A stretch of 64,000 bases of DNA from Eledone cirrhosa (Eukaryota): positions 49,414,001 to 49,478,000 of the forward strand of contig OZ024740.1 in NCBI GenBank assembly GCA_964016885.1, written 5' to 3'. Made by a program: the position numbers and the translations under genes. The notes below the pieces were generated by a model. The model searched no databases. It was not told where the DNA came from and worked only from the letters and a program-made list of their open reading frames with translations. Numbering within the stretch: position 1 is the first letter of the stretch; each line of letters opens with the position of its first letter. This document shows positions 55,150 through 64,000 of this stretch, piece after piece.

Positions 55150-55415
55150 TCTTGACAGTAGTTTTCACAATGGTTATTTCTTGGGACCGAAGAGGTGGTA
55201 TTCTGATGGTGCCAAATCAGGTAAGTATGGCGGGTGCCGCAGAGTTGTCCAACACAATGAGGTGATATGTCTGGCATTGTCGTATTGAAGAAGAACTTTA
55301 TTCTTCTCCAGGTCGGGTTTACTCGCCGAATTCTTGCTTTTAGTCTTTTCAGAGTCTTAATATATGCTTCAGAGTTAATTGTTCCTCCTCTTAGTAAGAA
55401 ATCAATAAGAATCAT

Positions 55416-55420
<5 letters not shown>
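55150..55420 (-). pseudogene. Mariner transposase fragment
   Basis: ILIDFLLRGGTINSEAYIKTLKRLKARIRR, then frameshifted QYDNARH and PPYLPDLAPSEYHLFG motifs. Confidence 0.8.
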
Positions 55421-55484
<64 letters not shown>

Positions 55485-55543
55485 TATATGTATACATGTA
55501 TGTGTGTGTATATGAGTGTGTGTGTGTGTGTGTGTGTAAACTC

Positions 55544-55631
55544 TCATATCTGAAATAGTGTCGATTAAGAGTCGGGATCAGATCGCCTCATGAAACCCGA
55601 GCTGATCGATATAGAAACAATTGTAATATGA
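55544..55631 (+). ncRNA. Decayed long-stem-II hammerhead-like motif
   Basis: TCATAT CTGAAA [TGTCGATTA..TCGGG..CCCGA..TGATCGATA] GAAA CAATTG TA ATATGA; core lacks G8. Confidence 0.45.
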
Positions 55632-55683
55632 AATAAAGTTTCACAAAAAGCTGCTATTCTTATTCTCTCTGTCTGTCTGTCTG

Positions 55684-56226
<543 letters not shown>

Positions 56227-56244
56227 AATATATATATATATATA

Positions 56245-56394
56245 ACGGCGATGAATTAGTTTTTTGATATGAACTCGTGTGTCGAAACAAATATTGTTAT
56301 ACTTGGAGAGGGTCATATTTGTGTAATAATTAATATTTGTGTTATTAATTCTGTCAATATTATTACACAAATATGACCCTCCCCAAGTATAACA

Positions 56395-56398
<4 letters not shown>
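56245..56398. mobile_element. Fold-back mini-element of a family-1 sister lineage (40-bp arms)
   Basis: ATGACCCTCCCCAAGTATAACAATAT terminus; tail 56245-56290. Confidence 0.75.
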
Positions 56399-56469
<71 letters not shown>

Positions 56470-56886
56470 CGTTTCTGAATTTGTTTAGCAAGATTCTTTA
56501 TCTGAAAACGCGTGTTGAAACCGATATTGTTATACTTTGGGAGGGTCATGTTGCCAATAAGAAACACACGCACCAGTTGCTTTTACTTCAATTTATTATA
56601 ATAAATTTATAAATTTAGGAATTTATAAATTTCCGGTTGGTTGGTTGGTTCCACAACCAGATGGTTGTTTATATATTGTCAAAGTTCTTTCGTCACACAT
56701 TCTGTGACCTCTTCAGTGACTGGGGATTCTTTTCTTTGTTTTTGTGCCTCTCCTTTGTTCTGTCCTACGCCATCTTGTTTCTCAGAAATTTATAAATTCC
56801 TAAATTTATAAATTTATTATAATAAATTGAAGTGAAATCAACTGGTGCGTGTGTTTGTTATTGGTAACATGACCCTCCCAAAGTAT

Positions 56887-56894
<8 letters not shown>
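56470..56894. mobile_element. Family-1 fold-back mini-element with intact hammerhead (56678-56720, minus)
   Basis: Minus part 56470-56782, plus part 56783-56894; same tail end as 52587. Confidence 0.88.
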
Positions 56895-56975
<81 letters not shown>

Positions 56976-59379
56976 TATATATATATATTCATGCTTGTAT
57001 ACACGTACACACATACTAGATTGATGAACGGGCTTCCGCTGGCCTCAACGATGAGTCTTCTACTTTATCGGCCAGTTGAACGTCCTACTCATTAAATCAA
57101 CATATAAGTAACCGAGTACCATGAGTATACTTCTCTGGGAGATTCAGGTTCCTAACTTCTACATTTCTGTTCTTCTACCATAGAAGTTTCTTCAATAATT
57201 CTACCCTTCCGGACGAGCAAGGAACCGATTAAAATTTTATAGAACAAAAAAAAACAAACATTACATAGAAACCATATCATTTTGTAAAGGTACTGTTTAT
57301 AGAGCATTAATCTGAGACGTTTTAAGGATAGCTGTGGTTGAGAATGTCGTCATCTCAATAGCTGATGTAATTTGCAAATATATTGTTATTGGAAAATGTA
57401 AGAAATGAGAATTGATTTATTTTTGTTTGTCATGAAGGTGTGGAGTAGATATCCTCATACTCTCATATAACACATTTCCACTTGACATACATTTTCGCAT
57501 ACACAATGTATGTGTATTTTTACTTGACATGCACATACATTTACACAATGTGGGTGAATTTTCACTCATATATCACGTTTACACTTGACATATGTTTTCA
57601 TAAACGATTAGATACATTTTCACATCAATTGACATATATTTTCATATACATATATTTACGCAGAAGTGTATAGTCACTCACATAACACATTTTATTCGAC
57701 ATTTATACAGTTTCACATACATCACCAAATAAACGTTACCTCCACCCACCCAAAATACAAACCTGCTGTTCATCCAGTTTCACTGGAAGACATCAAGCGA
57801 ATAATGGTGAAAGTTTTATTAAATATTTTAAGTTATAGCACCTGGATGAGACTTTAATAAGACACTATAAAGGAAGATAATAAATATGAATTTCAAAATA
57901 TCAAATTATTTATTAAAATAAGACATTATCTTCGAGGAATAATTGAAAGTGTTTTCACTTCATAGTTTTCACAATGAATTTACCTTAAATCTTCTAATAC
58001 ACATTGTGTTCTAGCAGTCATATTTATTATATAATCATATCACCAAATGTATTCAAGAAAATCTCCAAATATAGTATAAATATTTTGGGGGATGTTTTTT
58101 CTGCGTATAACAGGAATAACAGAAATGTTTGCATTTCATAATTTTCAAAGCGTAATTTAAATTCCGTAGAATTTACCTTAAATCTTATACACACACATAC
58201 ATACACACACGCACACGCACACGCACACACACATATACACACGCACGCACACATATATATACATATATATAATGTATATATGAAAAATGATGACGATTTT
58301 AAAAAGAGCAACTAATGTATTTTTATTTTATATACACATGTACAGCATACAGCGAAAAAATATTTTTTTACATAAAAAAATAGTTTTTGTACTTTTGCAC
58401 TTATCTATTAAACTTTTGTACTTGCATATTACGTGAAAAGTGAACAACTATACACCACGAAGTATAGGTTCGTGTAGTGTATGGCCTGGTGTTCCAGTAA
58501 TTCAGTCTTTACATATACCTTATCAATTTATGTTGTCTTATCAAGCCATTGTAGCAATATAGAAGAGTTGTCAACTCATGTACTCTTTATTTTATTCTTA
58601 TTTGGAGAACTTTCTGACATCAAGAAAAGAGCAACGCATTTTGATCAACCCTTTTCTTTAATCCACCACAACATACCCCGGATCTTTCGCTCTATCCCCA
58701 ACCTACCATCATAAATCAAGGTCCTAGTTTTGGAGGTGTTATTTCCTTGTAGCATTTGAACCGTAGGATGAAAAGGTCTTATATAGGCTTGGAAACTCAG
58801 ATATGTTGGTAATGATCATAGTTCCAGTTATATATTCATATGAGGAATAGATGTTTTTATTAGATATTTCTTTATAATGAATTACTTCAATATATGTGTG
58901 TCTATATACACAATATTCATGGGCTGTTTAAAACTTGTGTTGAAATTTCATTAACTCAGCTCCTTAACTAGGAGTCATAACACAAGCATCATATGAATCA
59001 CTAACTCCTTACGGACAACTGACGCTGCACACTAGGTCCAAACACAGAAGAGCCGAACTCCCACTGTCATCGTCTCCATCTCTCTCGCCTTCCCTATCAC
59101 TCTGTATTATCAATTACTTATAGTTTGTTTGAAACACTAACTTTTCCAAATCTATCTTCAACGTTTCTAGTCCTATAGTTACATCTACCAGAAGAAATAA
59201 GGCTGCTGTGTGCCGTTGACTCTTTATAGAACATAGGGTCAATATGACTGGTATATATTAATGTTATAAGACAAGCATTACGGTTAACAAAAACCCGAGT
59301 ATACCTTATGCGATATTGTTTCGTGGTGTATGAAGTTTATTTATATGATATTTAGAATAGTTGTGAGCAATATAAAATA

Positions 59380-61024
59380 TATACAAACTCAAGACCTCTT
59401 CCTAAACGGCTCTGGATTTCACTGCAGACACTACGATAATTAACTGTCGCCAAAAGGCTCGCCTGCGCGGCGACATGAATGAGTACCGCTGGCTCAACCG
59501 GATACGCTATAAAACCATCACAGATGACCAGGAGAAGGTTTTGGCGGAAGAAGCTGAGCGCCTGGAGGAAGGTGTGCAACACACTCCACAGAGCCCGTCA
59601 CGGTCCTTGGATTCAGACAGCCCTAGTGAAGGATACCAATGGTAACATGATCACCACAGAAGCCACTTACCTCAAACGTTGGAAGTAGCACTTCATCCTT
59701 CTTCTTCATCACCCACCCGTCTCAATCGATCCCTGCCTAACCATCGCTGTAGACACAGCTGCAGCCAACGACACTTGCAGATTCGATCCTGTCACCCCGG
59801 ATGAAGTCAGAGCCGTCCCGAAGAAGCTCAACAACCGCAAATCCCTTGGAATCTGCATTATCCCCGCGGAGATGTTGAAGGTGGGCGGAGATAACCTGAT
59901 CCAGTGGGTCACCCACATCATCAACCATGTATGGGTGTCAGAGAACTAACAAATGGCTGGACCCAGGGCACCATCCTCCCTTTTTGGAAACGAAAGGGCG
60001 ACAAACTCATCTGCAGCAACCATAGGGACATCAGCCTCCTCTACATCCCAAGCAAGCTCTTCACCAAGATCCTCCTCAGTCGTGCTCTTCCAGCATTAGA
60101 AGCAGGCATCGCCCCCAACAAGCCAGATTAATCCCAAATCGATCTACCACCGACCACATTTCTGTCCTCCGTCTCATTATTGAAGGATCTCGGTAGTTCC
60201 GAACAGATACCCGCCTCTACGTTGCTTTCGTCGACCTCAAGACGGCTTTCGACACGGTAGACCACATATCTCTCTGGAAAATTCTTACGCTCATCGACGC
60301 GCTTCCCAAGATCATCATCCTGTTACAACGACTGTATAGCAATTCCCAGAGTTGCATGTGGGTGAACGGGAAAGGCTCCGACAGGTTCCTCATAAACAGC
60401 AGGGTCAGACAGGGCTGCGTGGCTGCCCCGATCTCTTCAACTGTGTCATCGACTATCTGATAGCCAAGATCCGTCAGCGTGTTTCGGGCATTACCTTCGG
60501 GAACTACCACCTTACCAACTTGGAATACGCAGACGATACCACTTTACTCAGCAACTCGATCGTTCAGTTCAGGGACGCACTGACCATATACCGGGAGGAA
60601 TCAGCACAGCTTGCTGGTGCATGTTGGCGGTGACCCAGATCCTCCCCCGCTTCATATTGGCCTCGACGTCGTGAAGTTTGTCAGCTCCTTCATGTAACCG
60701 GGCTCAACAGTCACCAACAATAAAGACCTGACCCAGGAGGTCAACCGCGGATGTTTGACAGGCATTCCCTATGGAGACCTTACTCTCGTTCGGCGCAGAG
60801 GCTACAGGTAGGAAGAGGCACCGTGGCAGGCCACGCAGCACATAGCTGGATGTCATAAGGGAAATCTCCAGAGGCTGGACGTCACCTTGGAGGATGTAGA
60901 GGGGCTGGCATGGGACCAACAGCGAAGGAGGGCACTGGTGGACCTGGCTGGCTCTACATATGATGATGCCTCTGGATCACTGACCTAATATGACCCCAGT
61001 CTTATCGAGTAAGAGCAAAAAGAA
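59380..61024 (+). mobile_element. Decayed RTE-like LINE with 17-bp TSD
   Basis: IPAEMLKVGG, KGDKLICSNHRDISLL, FVDLKTAFD, VRQGC, LEYADD; GTGAGCAATATAAAATA at 59363-59379 and 61025-61041. Confidence 0.88.
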
Positions 61025-63759
61025 GTGAGCAATATAAAATACTGGACCACCCGTGACCTGTTGGGTCACGATCATTTCAAAATATATTTTTTAAAATCAT
61101 ATTCACTTAAAAATAATTTTTAAATAATTAAAATATACACAGACATGTATATAATGTGAAATGAAACTGGAAGGCCCTTATATATACGTGTGTGTATGTA
61201 TATATATATATATAAATGTGTGTGTATACATATATATATATCTATGTGTGAGTGTATATATATATGTGGGTGTATGTGTTCTATATACACTGATCATACA
61301 CACACACACATATACACATACACTCACATATATATACACACAACGACACTACTAGCTTTCTCTCTTCCATTCTCCTTCTCTGTCTCCTCTCCCTCTCTCT
61401 ATGTCTCTCTTTCAATCTACTCTCTCACAACCACTATCTCTTTCTCTCTATCCTTCTCTGTTTATGAAGGTACCCAGAAAACCATATCTCGGGAACCCAT
61501 CCTCCGATTTATGCGAAATTTGTTTTATTCCACTTGTATTCGCATTTCAGAGTCAACTTCCTTTCATAGTATTTTCCCATTATGCGCCCTTTTGGCTGTA
61601 TTACATTACAGACAAGTAAACAAGCAAGCAATCACAGAGTTTTAGTAATATATAGATATATAATCTATCTCGAAGCCGACTCAATGAACCGCTTTCAATT
61701 CTCACCATTTATGTCACTAATACACATTAAAATGCATGAATATGACTTTCTTAAGGGTAAAGGTTAATCAGACCGAAGTTTGTATCGATTACATATGACT
61801 TTAAGGAACTGAGTATATAAGAACATCAGTTCATCGCAAGTTAAAATCCTGTTACCACTGTGTTTCGGCTAAGTGAACTGGAGCAACATAAAATGATATA
61901 TCTTGCAGAAAGACACAATGCGCCTCCCGGTGTCAATGAAATCTACAACCTATGCCACCCGCTTTCATTTCATAACCTTCACACAAATATATAAATTATA
62001 GCGTGTCAGAAAATGAACAACCATAGTTTATGGTTCATCTGGTGAACTGGAATTTGAAAAGATATCATTTATGATAAAACATACATCACTCCAGCCTTGC
62101 ATTAGCAACTTCTATTGTATCTTATCGATCTTATCCCCAAATTATGACGTATAACTTTAGTTGTGTATGATTTATCAATCGATCGATTCTTCATACATTT
62201 TCAACACGTTCGTCATTAAAGATAAACAAGAAACATTCACCTAGCTTTTTCAGTCGATAACAGAAAAGCTGAAGTTGGACATTGTAATGATATTAAAATA
62301 ATTGGATTCTATACTCAAACTCTAATCTTTCTTTTGTTTCTTGCTTTCCAAACAAATAACATTCTTTGTAATAATATTCTTTTGTAAAAAGCTTCATTGT
62401 TTTATTTTGCCACAAAATAATTTCTGTTTCAAACCCAAATATTATATACACAAACAGCATTAACAATACTAATAATATGCTAATAATGATGATCTCTTAA
62501 TTAATCATAAGGGTCATACAAATAAATAGTAAACATTTATTAATAAAAGCCGAAATAAAAGGCAAACAATAATGTGAAGAACAAGTTTTATGAAATATTT
62601 ATATCAAAGGTGGTCTGTTAAATGTGACGTCACATTTTACATCATGTCAATGACAATGGCAAATTGTGCAATTTTCCCTTTCAAGCTAGAATCTAACAAA
62701 CAGTATAATGTCTGCAAGTGACGTTCTGTACAAACACCTTGTTGATCTATATTTCAACATTACTTCCTGTTTTCTTTTCTTTTTATGTTTTTATTTCTAA
62801 AATCACGCTCATTCTCCTCTCTTTTTTCACCCTCTCTTTCTTTTTCTCCCTCTCTTGCTTTCTCTCCCTTACACACACACTCTCGTTCTCTCCCAATGCC
62901 TCTTATAACACAATATTCTGTGATGTTAACACACATCACTCACATACTGCCAGCCGACATTTTACAACCCATGACCATAAAACTAATGGTCTATTACCAA
63001 CAAAAGCAACTGCAGTTTTACACACGTTGGCGAGTACACACAACATCACACATATAAACATGTTTCAACCCCCTCTAAGAAGGTATATTTAGATTCAATG
63101 CACGGACAACTTTTACAAGGTAGGTTCCATGTTTGTTGATAATGTTGTTAGCCATAGGCCAGTCTTAATTAAATAGACTTATAACCAAAGACATTCCAAA
63201 CACAATTATCATGCGTTCTTGTGTATCTAGGAATAAATTGTCTCATGTTTCTTTCCTATTATATTTTTTGAGAGAATTTGGCTGCTATTTCTAGCAGATA
63301 CAGCGACTACGTATAGGATCCTTACTTGGCTCATTGATAGCAATTTAATCTGATATGGTGATAGCTCATGCATCACTTAACCCTTAGTATCCTGTCTATG
63401 TAACGTTACACATATACACTCACACACACGCGTACGCATACACACAAATACACATACACACGTAAACCATATATACATTCATATATTCATAAATCATATT
63501 GCATCAAAGTATTTTTCGTATCACATTAACAACGTTTATAAGACGATAAAGGTTTTTCGTTAATATTCTTCGAAATACTCGAGTTATAATGAAGCAAAGA
63601 AGAAATTGGAATGAAGTCAGTTAAAATGGTGACCAGATTAAAGTCTAAACAACACTAAAAGATACGCACATAAGAGAAAACATCTTCTACCATTCACAGT
63701 TCATGGATTTACAACCATTAAAAAGAATGAAGGCGAAAACTATTATTAGAACAATGTAA

Positions 63760-63937
63760 GGCACAAAACCAATATGTCGTGGAGGAAAGTCAATTAAATG
63801 CATTCCAATATATGACCAGTAGAAGGATGGAAGGCAATATTGACCTCGGGAAGATTTGAACTCTCATAGTAGAGGACTATGACAAAATACTGTAATGCAT
63901 TTCATCCGACGCATTAACGATTCTTCCAATCCACCGC
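63760..63937 (-). mobile_element. Decayed Deu/Nin-like SINE
   Basis: aggcaca..gaaggatggaaggcaatattgacctcgg..atttgaactc. Confidence 0.55.
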
Positions 63938-64000
63938 TCTGGATCAGCGTGATAACAATAATTCGTAGATACGGGGGCAATCCCAAAAGTAAGGTCTCCT

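Noticed and set aside
57015-57090. TTGATGA .. CTGGCC/GGCCAG .. GAACGTC
   Set aside because: Too many deviations to separate from chance
63970-64000. Possible mariner TIR after TA
   Set aside because: Cut by the window edge; no partner repeat visible

Overview
AT-rich, microsatellite-dense animal genomic DNA. The SINE types suggest a mollusc, possibly an octopus; this is inference. No intact host gene can be supported, and almost everything recognisable is mobile DNA. That includes a decayed Helitron (Rep/Pif1 helicase, ~5.9-12.6 kb), three large Penelope-like retroelements (RT + GIY-YIG) plus a fourth fragment, and RTE-like and Tx1/L1-like LINE remnants. There is also a hAT MITE with an 8-bp TSD, a mariner fragment, many tRNA-derived SINEs and an intron-containing tRNA-Tyr pseudogene. 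The most notable pattern is about ten short non-coding fold-back (inverted-repeat) elements from several families, mostly sitting in (TA)n tracts. Most have one arm extended by a 30-90 nt tail, and many carry type I hammerhead ribozyme motifs. These motifs include canonical, U3-A8, U4C and long-stem-II variants with palindromic stem III. Where the parent is visible, the tail is the start of the Penelope ORF. All folds and alignments were made by eye, and boundaries may be off by a few bases.
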